From contig CAWELD010000003.1 in assembly GCA_963809895.1 (NCBI GenBank), positions 1,952,001 to 2,016,000 of the forward strand: DNA of 64,000 nt. The letters run 5' to 3'. This DNA comes from an uncultured Gemmatimonadales bacterium. GTDB taxonomy: Bacteria; Gemmatimonadota; Gemmatimonadetes; Longimicrobiales; Gaopeijiaceae. Below, one piece after another: positions 9,510 through 19,071 of this stretch. Numbering within the stretch: position 1 is the stretch's first letter; each line of letters opens with the position of its first letter. The notes beneath the pieces are model-generated. The model had not been told where the DNA came from, made no database searches, and was given only the letters and a program-made list of their open reading frames with translations. A program made the translations under genes and the position numbers.

Positions 9510-10910
9510 TCAGCCCGACGTCACGGGTAGGCCCCGCCGCTCCCAGGCTTCGATCCCGCCCGCCACGTTCAGCGCCGTGCGCCCCCGGGCCAGCAACAGC
9601 GACTGGCCGATGGAAGACCGGTTGCCGGTCCGGCACATGACGAGAATGGGCCGATCGGCGGGCAGCTCGTCCAGCGCCTCGGGGAGCATGCCCAGGTGCA
9701 CCCGCGTCGCTCCGGGCGCGTGCCCCACCCGCCACTCCGACTCCGCGCGCACGTCCAGCAGGAAGGCGCCCTCGTCCTGCATTGCCTTGGCCCGGGCCAC
9801 ATCCACCCACGGCGCCTCGCGCACCGCGTCGTCGTCCAGCGCCTCGGGTCCGAAGTAGCCCTCGACCCGGTCCAGGCCGATGAGCGTGAGCGCGCGGGCG
9901 GCCTCGCGGGCCTGCGCTTCCGACTCCGCCAGGAGGTGGATGGCCCGGTCGTAGGGGAGCAGCCAGCCCGCCCAGTTGGTGAAGGAGCGATTCAGGGGGA
10001 TGTGGATGGTCCCCGCCACGTGTCCGCCGGCGAAAGCCTCGTTGGTGCGGATGTCCACCACCAATCCCCCGTCGTCGAGCAGGGGCCCGAGCCGGGCCGG
10101 CCCCACATGGCCAGGCAGGGGCAGGTGGCCGAGCACGGTCGGGCCGTCGCGATTCATGGCCTTCATGGTGGCGAAGTAGCGGGGCGGCTCCGGCTGGTCC
10201 TCCAGGACCGCGGCCACGAAGGCGTCCTCGTCGTCGTACATGAAGGCCCAGCTCACCCGGCGCTCGTAGCCCAGGGTGCTGGTGGGCACCGCTCCCAGCG
10301 CCTTGCCGCAGGCGGAGCCGGCGCCGTGACCGGGCCAGATCTGCAGGTGGTCGGGCAGGTCGCCGATCCGCCGCAGCGACTGGAAGAGCTGCCGCGCCGC
10401 CGCCTCGGTGGCCCCGGCCACACCCGCCGCCTTCTCCAGCAGATCGGGCCGCCCCACGTCTCCGACGAAGACGAAGTCGCCGCTGAGCAGCCCCATGGGC
10501 TCCGCGGTGGCGGCGCCGTCGGTGACCAGGAAGGCGATGTGCTCGGGCGTGTGCCCGGGGGTGTGGAGCACCCGGATGCGGATGTTGCCCACCGGGAACA
10601 TGTCGCCGTCCTTCAGCAGGACGGCGCTGGACTCCTGCGTAAAGCCGTAGCGCCACTCGGGCCCACCCTCGTCGGACAGGAGGAGCGTGGCCCCGGTGCG
10701 GGCAGCCAGCTCCCGGCTGCCCGACGCGAAGTCGGCGTGGATGTGGGTCTCGGTGACGTGGGTGATGGCCACCCCCTCTTCGCCCGCCGCCTGCACGTAG
10801 AAGTCGGCGTCCCGGTGGGGGTCCACCACCATGGCCTGTCCGGTGGCCTGGCACGCGACCAGGTAGCTCGCCTGGGCGAGGCGGTCTTCGTAGAAACGCT
10901 TGAGGAGCAT
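9510..10910 (-). CDS. MBL-fold persulfide dioxygenase-like protein fused to two rhodanese domains
   Basis: ETHIHADF, HTPGHTPEH, GDVGRPDL, PGHGAGSACG; C-terminal CRTGNRS rhodanese loop. Confidence 0.9.
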   Translation of the reverse strand: MLLKRFYEDRLAQASYLVACQATGQAMVVDPHRDADFYVQAAGEEGVAITHVTETHIHADFASGSRELAARTGATLLLSDEGGPEWRYGFTQESSAVLLKDGDMFPVGNIRIRVLHTPGHTPEHIAFLVTDGAATAEPMGLLSGDFVFVGDVGRPDLLEKAAGVAGATEAAARQLFQSLRRIGDLPDHLQIWPGHGAGSACGKALGAVPTSTLGYERRVSWAFMYDDEDAFVAAVLEDQPEPPRYFATMKAMNRDGPTVLGHLPLPGHVGPARLGPLLDDGGLVVDIRTNEAFAGGHVAGTIHIPLNRSFTNWAGWLLPYDRAIHLLAESEAQAREAARALTLIGLDRVEGYFGPEALDDDAVREAPWVDVARAKAMQDEGAFLLDVRAESEWRVGHAPGATRVHLGMLPEALDELPADRPILVMCRTGNRSSIGQSLLLARGRTALNVAGGIEAWERRGLPVTSG

Positions 10911-11071
10911 GGCGCGCACCGGTGGTGGATCGAAGAGCCCACGTAGGAGAAGTATCCGGCGGTCCGCACCCGACCTGCAAGGACCCCTGGCAGCCCGTGC
11001 TGGCGTGCGGAGCGGTGAGCGCTCACGTACAATGCCTCGCGACCGATCCCGAACGCCACCGCCCTCACCCC

Positions 11072-12670
11072 ATGCCCCGACCCTCCTCCACCGCGACTCC
11101 GGCGCCACGCTGGGCCAAGGTCATCGACCAGACCCGCTGCATCGGCTGTCATGCCTGCACCACGGCCTGCCGCTCGGAGAACCAGGTGCCGCTGTCCGTG
11201 ACGCGCACCTACGTGAAATACGTCGACGTGGGCGCGTTTCCCCGGGCCCGGCGAGCGTTCCAGGTCACGCGCTGCAACCAGTGCGAGGCGGCGCCCTGCG
11301 TCACCGCGTGCCCCACGGCGGCCATGTTCCGGCGGCCCGACGGGATCGTGGACTTCGACAAGTCGGTGTGCATCGGCTGCAAGGCGTGCATCGCCGCCTG
11401 CCCGTACGACGCCATCTTCATCAATCCCGACGATCACTCGGCGGAGAAGTGCAACTTCTGCGCGCACCGACTGGACGTGGGGTTGGAGCCGGCCTGCGCC
11501 GTGGTGTGCCCCACGGAGGCCATCCTGGTGGGCGACCTCGACGACCCGCTGTCGGCGGTGAGCCGGCTGGTGCACCAGGAGGCCACCAGCGTGCGCAGGC
11601 CCGAAAAGGAGACCCGGCCCAAGCTCTTCTACCGGGGCGCACATGAGGCGACGCTGGATCCGCTGGCGGCCCGGCGGCCCGAGGGCGGGCTCTTCATGTG
11701 GAGCGAGCAGGGCGACGTGCCGCACCAGGTGCCGTCCGGGCATCCGGGGGCGCCGGGCGCGCCGGCGAACTCCTCGGCGGCGGCGGTGCTGGCCTACGAC
11801 GTGCCCCACCGCATGCCCTGGGATGCGCGGGTAAGCCTCTACACCTGGACCAAGTCCGTGAGCGCGGGCGTGTATCTGATCGGGGCGCTGGCCGCGGGGC
11901 TCGGTGTGCTGGGCTGGGCCGATGCGCTGTGGACGCGGGTGACACCGATCCTGGGCCTGGTCTTCCTGGCGCTCACCGGGGGACTCCTGATCTGGGACCT
12001 GGAGCATCCGGCACGCTTCCATCTCATCTTCTTCCGCCCCCAGTGGCGGAGCTGGCTGGTGCGGGGCGGCTTCATCCTCATGGCCTACGGCACGCTCCTC
12101 ACCGCCCACCTGGTGCTGGGGATGTCGGGGCGGGTCGACGCGGTGCGCCTGTTGGTCGTGGCGGGCGTGCCGCTTGCCGCCGCCACCGGCGTGTACACGG
12201 CCTGGCTGCTGGCGCAGGCCCGGGCCCGGGACCTGTGGCAGAGCCCGCTCCTGCCGCCGCACCTCCTGGCGCAGGCGCTCCTGGCGGGGTCGGGGGTGCT
12301 GGCGCTGGTGGCGCGGGGGGTCGGGGGGATGGCGCTGCAGGGCGGAAACCCCGGGACGACCCTCGAATTTGGAGGGGCCCGCGGGGCGGTGGAATGGCTG
12401 GATGCGGCGTTCGCCGTGGCGGCGGGCCTGCAGCTGCTGCTGGTGGCCGGTGAGGCCTCCATCGGGCACGCCACCGCCCACGGGCGCCTGGCCCACCGGG
12501 AGATGACGAGCGGCCGCTACGCGCTGCTCTTCCGGAGCTCGGTGGTGCTCACGGCGGCGGCGGTGGCCACGCCGTGGCTGGGCGCCGCGGGCATCGTAGC
12601 GGGGCTCGCGGGCCTCTTTCTCTTCGAGCACGCCTTCGTACAGGCGGGCCAGAGCGTTCCCCTGGCCTGA
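11072..12670 (+). CDS. 4Fe-4S dicluster protein fused to NrfD/PsrC-type membrane anchor
   Basis: CIGCHAC, CNQC..PCVTACP, CIGCKACIAACP, KCNFC..PACAVVCP; then WDLEHPARF, PQWRSWLVRG and TM helices. Confidence 0.9.
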   Translation: MPRPSSTATPAPRWAKVIDQTRCIGCHACTTACRSENQVPLSVTRTYVKYVDVGAFPRARRAFQVTRCNQCEAAPCVTACPTAAMFRRPDGIVDFDKSVCIGCKACIAACPYDAIFINPDDHSAEKCNFCAHRLDVGLEPACAVVCPTEAILVGDLDDPLSAVSRLVHQEATSVRRPEKETRPKLFYRGAHEATLDPLAARRPEGGLFMWSEQGDVPHQVPSGHPGAPGAPANSSAAAVLAYDVPHRMPWDARVSLYTWTKSVSAGVYLIGALAAGLGVLGWADALWTRVTPILGLVFLALTGGLLIWDLEHPARFHLIFFRPQWRSWLVRGGFILMAYGTLLTAHLVLGMSGRVDAVRLLVVAGVPLAAATGVYTAWLLAQARARDLWQSPLLPPHLLAQALLAGSGVLALVARGVGGMALQGGNPGTTLEFGGARGAVEWLDAAFAVAAGLQLLLVAGEASIGHATAHGRLAHREMTSGRYALLFRSSVVLTAAAVATPWLGAAGIVAGLAGLFLFEHAFVQAGQSVPLA

Positions 12671-12684
12671 GGAGAGCGGCGACC

Positions 12685-15678
12685 ATGAGCGACGAACGCA
12701 CCCCGCGCAGCGACCTGGACGAGCTGGAGCGCCGGGTGTCGGCGGCCCGCCGCGACACCGAGGCCCGAGGCGAGACCTTCTATCCCGGCGCCAGCCGCAT
12801 CCACCTGGCGGCCTTCCCGCCCAAGGAGCGCTGGGACGACTGGGTGGAGCTGGACTCGCGGGCCTGGCCGGAGCGCGAGGAGCGCCGCTACATGCTGGTG
12901 CCCACCACCTGCTTCAACTGCGAGTCGGCGTGCGGGCTGCTGGCCTACGTGGACCGCGACACGCTCCAGGTGCGGAAGTTCGAGGGGAACCCGGAGCATC
13001 CGGGATCCCGGGGCCGCAACTGCGCCAAGGGCCCGGCCACCCTGAACCAGGTCACCGACCCGGATCGCATCCTGTATCCTCTGCGCCGCGTGGGCGCCCG
13101 GGGCGAAGGCCGCTGGGAGCGGGTGAGCTGGGACGAGGTCCTGGACGAGCTGGCCGGCCGTATCCGGGCTGCCATCGTGGAGGACCGCAAGGACGAGATC
13201 ATGTATCACGTGGGCCGCCCCGGCGAGGACGGCTTCACCGAGCGCACCCTGGCGGCCTGGGGAGTGGACGGCCACAACTCCCACACCAACATCTGCTCCA
13301 GCGGGGCCCGGGCCGGCTACCACTTCTGGATGGGCGCCGACCGGCCCAGCCCGGATCACGCCCACGCCGAGGTGATCTTCCTGGTGAGCAGTCACCTGGA
13401 GGCCGGCCACTACTTCAATCCCCACGCCCAGCGCATCATGGAGGCCCGGGCCCGGGGCGCGAAGGTGGTGGTCTTCGACACCCGGCTCTCCAACACCGCC
13501 ACCCACGCCGACCACTGGCTGGCCACCTATCCGGGCTCCGAGGCCGCAGTGCTGCTGGCCGTGGCCCGGCACCTGATCCTCACCCGGCGCTACGACCGGG
13601 AATTCGTGCGCCGCTGGTGGAACTGGGCCGAGTACATGGAGGCCGTGCACCCCGACCGGGGCGCGACCTTCGAGGCCTTCGAAGAGGTGCTGGCCGAGCT
13701 CTACGACCGCTTCACCTTCGAGTACGCCGCCGCCGAGGCGGGCGTCGAGGCCGATGCGATCCGCGCCGTGGCGGAGCTGGTGGCGGGGGCCGGCACCCGG
13801 CTGTCCACCCACAACTGGCGGAGCGCCGCCGCGGGCAATCTCGGGGGATGGCAGGTCGCCCGCACGCTCTTCCTGCTCAACGCGCTCACGGGGTCCGTGG
13901 CGACGCCCGGCGGCACCTTCCCCAACTCGTGGACCAAGTTCGTGCCGCGGCCCATCCACCTGCCTCCGCGGCATCCGGACCACTGGAACGAGCTCACCTG
14001 GCCCCGGGAGTATCCGCTGGCCCTCATGGAGATGTCCTTCCTGCTGCCCCATCTGGTGCGGGAGCGGGAGGCGCGCATCGACACCTACTTCACCCGGGTC
14101 TACAACCCGGTGTGGACCAATCCCGACGGCTTCCAGTGGATCGACATGCTCACCGACGAGGCGCGGGTGGGACTCCATGCCGCCCTCACGCCGACCTGGA
14201 ACGAGACCGCGTACTTCGCCGACTACGTGCTCCCCATGGGGCTGGGCTCGGAGCGTCACGACATCCACTCCTACGAGCAGTACGACGGGCAGTGGATCGG
14301 CTTCCGGCAGCCCGTGCTCAGGGCCGCGCGCGAGCGGCTGGGCGAGACGGTTACCGACACGCGTGACGTGAATCCCGGCGAGGTGTGGGAGGAGAACGAG
14401 TTCTGGATCGAGCTCACCTGGCGCATCGATCCCGACGGCTCGCTGGGGATCCGCCCCTTCGTGGAGTCCCGGGCGCGGCCCGGCGAGAAGCTCACCGTCG
14501 ACGAGTACTACGGCTGGATCTTCGAGCACTCGGTCCCCGGTCTTCCGGAGAAGGCGCAGGCGGAGGGGCTGACGCCGCTGGAATACATGCGCCGCTACGG
14601 AGCCTTCGAGGTGCGCCGGGGTGTGGGCGCCGTGTACGAGGAGGAGGTGCCGGCCGCCGAGCTCGACGACGCGCGCACCGACGCCCTGGGACGCGTCTTC
14701 ACGCGGGCGCCGAAGCCGGCGTCGCCCAACGTGGTGCCCTTCCCTCCCCTGGATCCCGACGCCGAGGGACGGCGGCGGGTGGGCGTAGCCGTGGACGGCG
14801 TGGTGCGCCGGGGATTCCCGACACCGTCGGGGCGGCTGGAGTTCTGGTCCCGCACCCTGCACGAGTGGGGATGGCCCGAGCTGGCCCTCCCCGACTACGC
14901 CGAGAGCCACGTGCACCGGGACCGGCTGGACGACGGCGAGTGCGTGCTCATCTCCACCTTCCGGGTGCCGGTGCAGATCCACACCCGGAGCGCCAACGCC
15001 AAGTGGCTGGACGAGATCGCCCACACCAACCCGCTGTGGCTGCACCCGTCGCGGGCGGCGGCGCTGGGTGTGCGTACCGGCGACCTGGTGCGGGTGAGCA
15101 CCCGCATCGGCCACTTCGTGGTGAAGGCGTGGGTGACCGAGGGCATCCGTCCCGACGTGGTGGCGTGCAGCCACCACATGGGCCGCTGGAAGCTCGAGGG
15201 TGACGGGCAGCGGCAGGCCATGGCGGCGGTGGCGCTGGAGCGGAGCGGTGACGAGCGCGGGCTCCGGACCCGGGCACCGGTGAGGCCGTTCGCGTCCGAC
15301 GATCCCGACACCTCGCGCATCTGGTGGACCGACGTGGGGGTGCATCAGAACCTCACCTTCGCGGTGCACCCCGATCCCATCTCGGGCATGCACTGCTGGC
15401 ATCAGGCGGTGCGGGTCACCCGGGCGGCGCCCGGCGACCGCTACGGCGACATCCACGTGGATGCGGCGCGCTCGAGGGCCGCCTATCGCGAATGGCTGGC
15501 GCGGGCGCGGCCGGCAGGGGTGGTATCGCCCGACGGCACGCGGCGGCCCTACTGGCTGCTGCGGCCCGTGCGCCCCGAGCGGGAGGCGTATCGCCTACCC
15601 GATGCACCGGAGCGGCCGCACCATCCGGAGCATCCGGGCGGGGGGGACGACACCGCGCCAGGCGGTGCCGACACATGA
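12685..15678 (+). CDS. Molybdopterin (bis-MGD) oxidoreductase catalytic subunit, substrate unknown
   Basis: TCFNCESACG..NCAKG Fe-S motif, DPDRILYPL, HNSHTNICSS, FADYVLP, IHTRS..WLDEI; no Tat signal evident. Confidence 0.92.
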   Translation: MSDERTPRSDLDELERRVSAARRDTEARGETFYPGASRIHLAAFPPKERWDDWVELDSRAWPEREERRYMLVPTTCFNCESACGLLAYVDRDTLQVRKFEGNPEHPGSRGRNCAKGPATLNQVTDPDRILYPLRRVGARGEGRWERVSWDEVLDELAGRIRAAIVEDRKDEIMYHVGRPGEDGFTERTLAAWGVDGHNSHTNICSSGARAGYHFWMGADRPSPDHAHAEVIFLVSSHLEAGHYFNPHAQRIMEARARGAKVVVFDTRLSNTATHADHWLATYPGSEAAVLLAVARHLILTRRYDREFVRRWWNWAEYMEAVHPDRGATFEAFEEVLAELYDRFTFEYAAAEAGVEADAIRAVAELVAGAGTRLSTHNWRSAAAGNLGGWQVARTLFLLNALTGSVATPGGTFPNSWTKFVPRPIHLPPRHPDHWNELTWPREYPLALMEMSFLLPHLVREREARIDTYFTRVYNPVWTNPDGFQWIDMLTDEARVGLHAALTPTWNETAYFADYVLPMGLGSERHDIHSYEQYDGQWIGFRQPVLRAARERLGETVTDTRDVNPGEVWEENEFWIELTWRIDPDGSLGIRPFVESRARPGEKLTVDEYYGWIFEHSVPGLPEKAQAEGLTPLEYMRRYGAFEVRRGVGAVYEEEVPAAELDDARTDALGRVFTRAPKPASPNVVPFPPLDPDAEGRRRVGVAVDGVVRRGFPTPSGRLEFWSRTLHEWGWPELALPDYAESHVHRDRLDDGECVLISTFRVPVQIHTRSANAKWLDEIAHTNPLWLHPSRAAALGVRTGDLVRVSTRIGHFVVKAWVTEGIRPDVVACSHHMGRWKLEGDGQRQAMAAVALERSGDERGLRTRAPVRPFASDDPDTSRIWWTDVGVHQNLTFAVHPDPISGMHCWHQAVRVTRAAPGDRYGDIHVDAARSRAAYREWLARARPAGVVSPDGTRRPYWLLRPVRPEREAYRLPDAPERPHHPEHPGGGDDTAPGGADT

Positions 15679-16561
15679 CGCCCGAGCTCTTCCGTGCCCT
15701 GGGGGCGCTGGTGGAGGAGCCCGGTCCGGGCACCGAAGTGCTGGCCCGGGCGCTGGGGCTGCCCGCAGCGCCGGAGGGCGCCGAGCACACCGACCTCTTC
15801 CTGTTCCAGCTCTACCCCTACGCCTCGGTGTACGTCGGCGCCGAGGGCATGCTGGGAGGTGAAGCGCGGGTCAGGATCGGGGGATTCTGGCGCGCCGTGG
15901 GTCGCGAGGCGCCGGTGGAGCCCGATCATCTGGGGGCGCTGCTGGGGCTGTACGCGGCGCTGGCGCGAGGAGGAGAACGGCGAGAAGGACCCGGCACGTC
16001 AAGCGCTCAGGCGCCGGGCCCGCGCCGCGCTGCTGTGGGAGCACCTGCTCTCCTGGCTGCCGGCGTTCCTGGTGCGGGCCCGGGAGCTGGGCTCGCCGGC
16101 CTATCGGGCGTGGGCGCGTATCCTGGGCGAGGCGCTGACGGAAGAAGCCCGCACGCTTGCCCGCAGCCCGGAGCGCCCGTCCACCTGACGGAAGCGCCGG
16201 AGCCCTTCGAGCCCGACCCCGACGCCGAAGCGCCAGGGCGAGGCCTTTCTCGCGGCCGTGCTCACGCCGGTGCGCTCGGGCTTCGTGCTCACCCGCGACG
16301 ACCTGGAGCGCTGCGCCCGCGACGCCGGGCTGGGGCTCCGGCGCGGGGAGCGGCGCTGGGTGTTGGGCGCGCTGCTGTCGCAGGACGCGCCCGCCACGCT
16401 GGCGTGGCTCGCCGCCGAGGCGGGGCGTCAGGCCGAGATGCTTCTCTGCGCTGCCGCCGGCGCTGGGCACGGTGCGCGATTTCTGGTCGGCGCGGGCCCG
16501 GACCTCGGCGGTGCGGCTCGCGGCGTTGGGCGAGGACGCCCGCGAAGCGAGCCTGCTGTGA
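15675..16561 (+). CDS. TorD/DmsD family chaperone (several frameshifts)
   Basis: PYASVY, EPDHLGALL, EHLLSWLPAF motifs spread over frames; ATGA overlap with Mo subunit. Confidence 0.8.
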
Positions 16562-16628
16562 GGCGCGCGATCCCTGGCTCCATCTGCCGTCGCCGCGTGA
16601 CGCGGTGGCACATTCCCCGGAGGACCCG

Positions 16629-17558
16629 ATGACGCAAAGCTCTCGCCTGGTCGCCGCCGTGGCGTTCATCGTTCTGGCGGTGGGGGCGTCCGCGCCCCTG
16701 CGCGCGGCGGCTCAGACCCCCCGCACGCAGGTGGTGCTCCTGGGCACCGGCACGCCCAACGCCGACCCAGAGCGCTCGGGACCGGCCACCGCCATCGTGG
16801 TGGACGGAGTGCCCTACCTGGTGGATGCGGGCCCGGGGGTGGTGCGGCGGGCGGCGGCCGCCGCGGCCCAGGGTGTGGAGGGACTCCAGGTCTCGAAGCT
16901 GGCCACGGTCTTCCTCACCCACCTGCACTCGGACCACACGGTGGGGCTCCCGGACCTCATGCTGACGCCCTGGGTGCTGGAGCGCGACGTGCCGCTCACC
17001 GTCATCGGTCCCGAGGGGACCACCGACATGATGTCGCACCTGCAGGCGGCCTACCGCGCCGACATCGACATGCGCTTGTACGGCCTGGAGCCCGCCAACG
17101 ACAACGGCCACCGGGTGGAGGCCCGAGACGTGACGCCGGGCGTCGTCTATCAGGACGAGCGCGTCACGGTCACCGCCTTCGCCGTGCGCCACGGATCCTG
17201 GCCCGCCTCACAGGCCTTCGGCTACCGCTTCGAAACGCCGGACCGGGTGGTGGTGGTCTCCGGCGACACGGCGCCCACCGACGCCGTGGTGGAGGCCTGC
17301 AACGGCTGCGACGTCCTGGTGCACGAGGTCTACAGTCAGGCGGGATTCGAAGGCCGGAGCCCGGCCTGGCAGACCTATCACAAGTCCTTCCACACCTCCG
17401 GCGTCGAGTTGGGCGAGCTGGCGGCCCGCGCTCGGCCGGGGCTGCTGGTCCTCACCCACACGCTGCTCTGGGGCGCCACCCCGGAAGAGCTGGTGGCCGA
17501 GGTGAAGCAGGGCTTCGACGGGCGCGTCGTCTACGGCGAGGACCTGGACGTGTTCTGA
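16629..17558 (+). CDS. Secreted MBL-fold hydrolase (RNase Z/AtsA arylsulfatase-like)
   Basis: Signal peptide; LLGTGTP, THLHSDH, SGDT, LVHEV, FHT, LVLTH, GEDL. Confidence 0.9.
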   Translation: MTQSSRLVAAVAFIVLAVGASAPLRAAAQTPRTQVVLLGTGTPNADPERSGPATAIVVDGVPYLVDAGPGVVRRAAAAAAQGVEGLQVSKLATVFLTHLHSDHTVGLPDLMLTPWVLERDVPLTVIGPEGTTDMMSHLQAAYRADIDMRLYGLEPANDNGHRVEARDVTPGVVYQDERVTVTAFAVRHGSWPASQAFGYRFETPDRVVVVSGDTAPTDAVVEACNGCDVLVHEVYSQAGFEGRSPAWQTYHKSFHTSGVELGELAARARPGLLVLTHTLLWGATPEELVAEVKQGFDGRVVYGEDLDVF

Positions 17559-18183
17559 GCGGGAGGAGGTCGTCCTCAATCAGGTCTTTCGCCTGATCCG
17601 AGGTCTCGCGTCCCACCTCTCGGCGGGCCTCGCGCACACTCTCCACCTGACGCTGATCCAACCGTGCCGATAGCATAGCTGCCACGTTCCTGGCCGACGC
17701 CTCGAGGGCGATTGCAGGAATCTCCACCGGTGCGTAGCGCATCCATCGACTGACCCGCATGGCCCAGCGGCGGTAGGGTCCCGCCTGCTTCTCCACGACA
17801 GGGGGGTCCCGCAACTCCACCGCGATCCTCCCTGAGCGCGTCGGGCGCACATCGCGAACCTGATCCCACGGAATGAACAGCTCTCCACCGAGGAAGCCGG
17901 TCCGGTCCACGATACCATCGTCGGAGATCACGAGGCGCGGCCTGGTATCCATCAGCCTGGATACGGCTCTGAACCCGAGGGGGGCGAAGATCGCGATTGC
18001 CAGCCAGCTCGCCACGGTGCGTGGCAGAAATCCGATCACCAGACCGGCTCGCGCCCCGACAAGGCTCCCGATGGCTCCGAGTACCATTACGACTGCCAAC
18101 ACCAGGATCGTGATGTCGACTCGTATCGACCTGGCAACGGCAAGCGTTCCGCGCCTCGAGTCCTCGTCCAGGTATGCTGTCAT
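17452..18183 (-). CDS. STM3941-like two-TM membrane protein (3' end uncertain; frame runs into the MBL gene)
   Basis: GGAG RBS before ATG 18183; two TM segments then PRLVISDDGIVD..IPWDQV; more AT-rich than backbone. Confidence 0.65.
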   Translation of the reverse strand: MTAYLDEDSRRGTLAVARSIRVDITILVLAVVMVLGAIGSLVGARAGLVIGFLPRTVASWLAIAIFAPLGFRAVSRLMDTRPRLVISDDGIVDRTGFLGGELFIPWDQVRDVRPTRSGRIAVELRDPPVVEKQAGPYRRWAMRVSRWMRYAPVEIPAIALEASARNVAAMLSARLDQRQVESVREARREVGRETSDQAKDLIEDDLLPLRTRPGPRRRRRARRSPASPRPPALPGWRPRAACG

Positions 18184-18196
18184 GTCTCCTTCTTGC

Positions 18197-18868
18197 TCAA
18201 AAGTACCTGCACGCGAACCAGAATCCCGCGCGTACGATTGCCCGGACGCCCAACACCCCCGCACCCACGATAGCTGGGGGCTCAAAGATTTGACCACCCG
18301 GTGAGGCGAGCAGCGCGAGGGTCGCACCGGCACCCGCCGCTGCCTCCCATGCTGCGACCTGCATGTCGTGGAACTCATCTTCACAGCCTCCGCCAAAGGA
18401 GTAGACGGTCCACCCATCAGGCGTCACACACTTCGGATCCTCCGGATCAACACACCCTCCTCCACTAGGCATACCAGCTGACGTATCGATGATATCCCCG
18501 TCTGTCTGCGTGTCCACCCACCCGGAGTCAACGTCTCTCCAACGGAACCCCTCCAGGATTCCTCCGGACCATTGGTAGTCGAGCGTTGCCTGAAGGACTC
18601 CGTTCTTGTAGATGACAGCCTCGGTCCACGCACCCTCGGGGCCGGACCGTTCGAATCGCCACACATCTCCAAGGGAATCCGTCACTTGAAGGGTATTGTC
18701 TGTTCCCCAGACGGAATCCACCGCAACCGTCGTGCTCTGCGCCGTATGTGTGGCCAGCGGTTCTGTCGGAGTGTCGGGTTGGGGGCTCATAGCCATGTCC
18801 GCGCACGCCGACAACGAGGACGAGAGTATAACGAGGCAGACTCCAAAGCGTGGTGCACGAAATGACAT
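18197..18868 (-). CDS. Hypothetical lipoprotein with Cys-flanked hydrophobic C-terminal hairpin
   Basis: Lipobox SLSAC; beta-rich core; C-terminus GCEDEF..AAWEAAAGAGATLALLAS..AIVGAGVLGVRAIVRAGFWFAC. Confidence 0.7.
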   Translation of the reverse strand: MSFRAPRFGVCLVILSSSLSACADMAMSPQPDTPTEPLATHTAQSTTVAVDSVWGTDNTLQVTDSLGDVWRFERSGPEGAWTEAVIYKNGVLQATLDYQWSGGILEGFRWRDVDSGWVDTQTDGDIIDTSAGMPSGGGCVDPEDPKCVTPDGWTVYSFGGGCEDEFHDMQVAAWEAAAGAGATLALLASPGGQIFEPPAIVGAGVLGVRAIVRAGFWFACRYF

Positions 18869-19071
18869 CTGGGCCTCCAGAGAAGGAAATCACCGAAGCG
18901 GGCGCCAGAGGAATCGGGGCCGCCAACTCCGTTGGGATGGCCGAGGCCACGGATAACGGCGCCTGTTCTTGTCTCACTATGTGGAATGACCGGACCTCAA
19001 CACCATGTCCGCACCTACGCCTCCGTGCGAACATGGACAAGCGCCATTGACGACCACGAGCGGAGAGGCCC

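Noticed and set aside
12517..15456. Long antisense ORFs (also 27574-30360, 60078-62510 and others)
   Set aside because: Shadow frames of real high-GC genes
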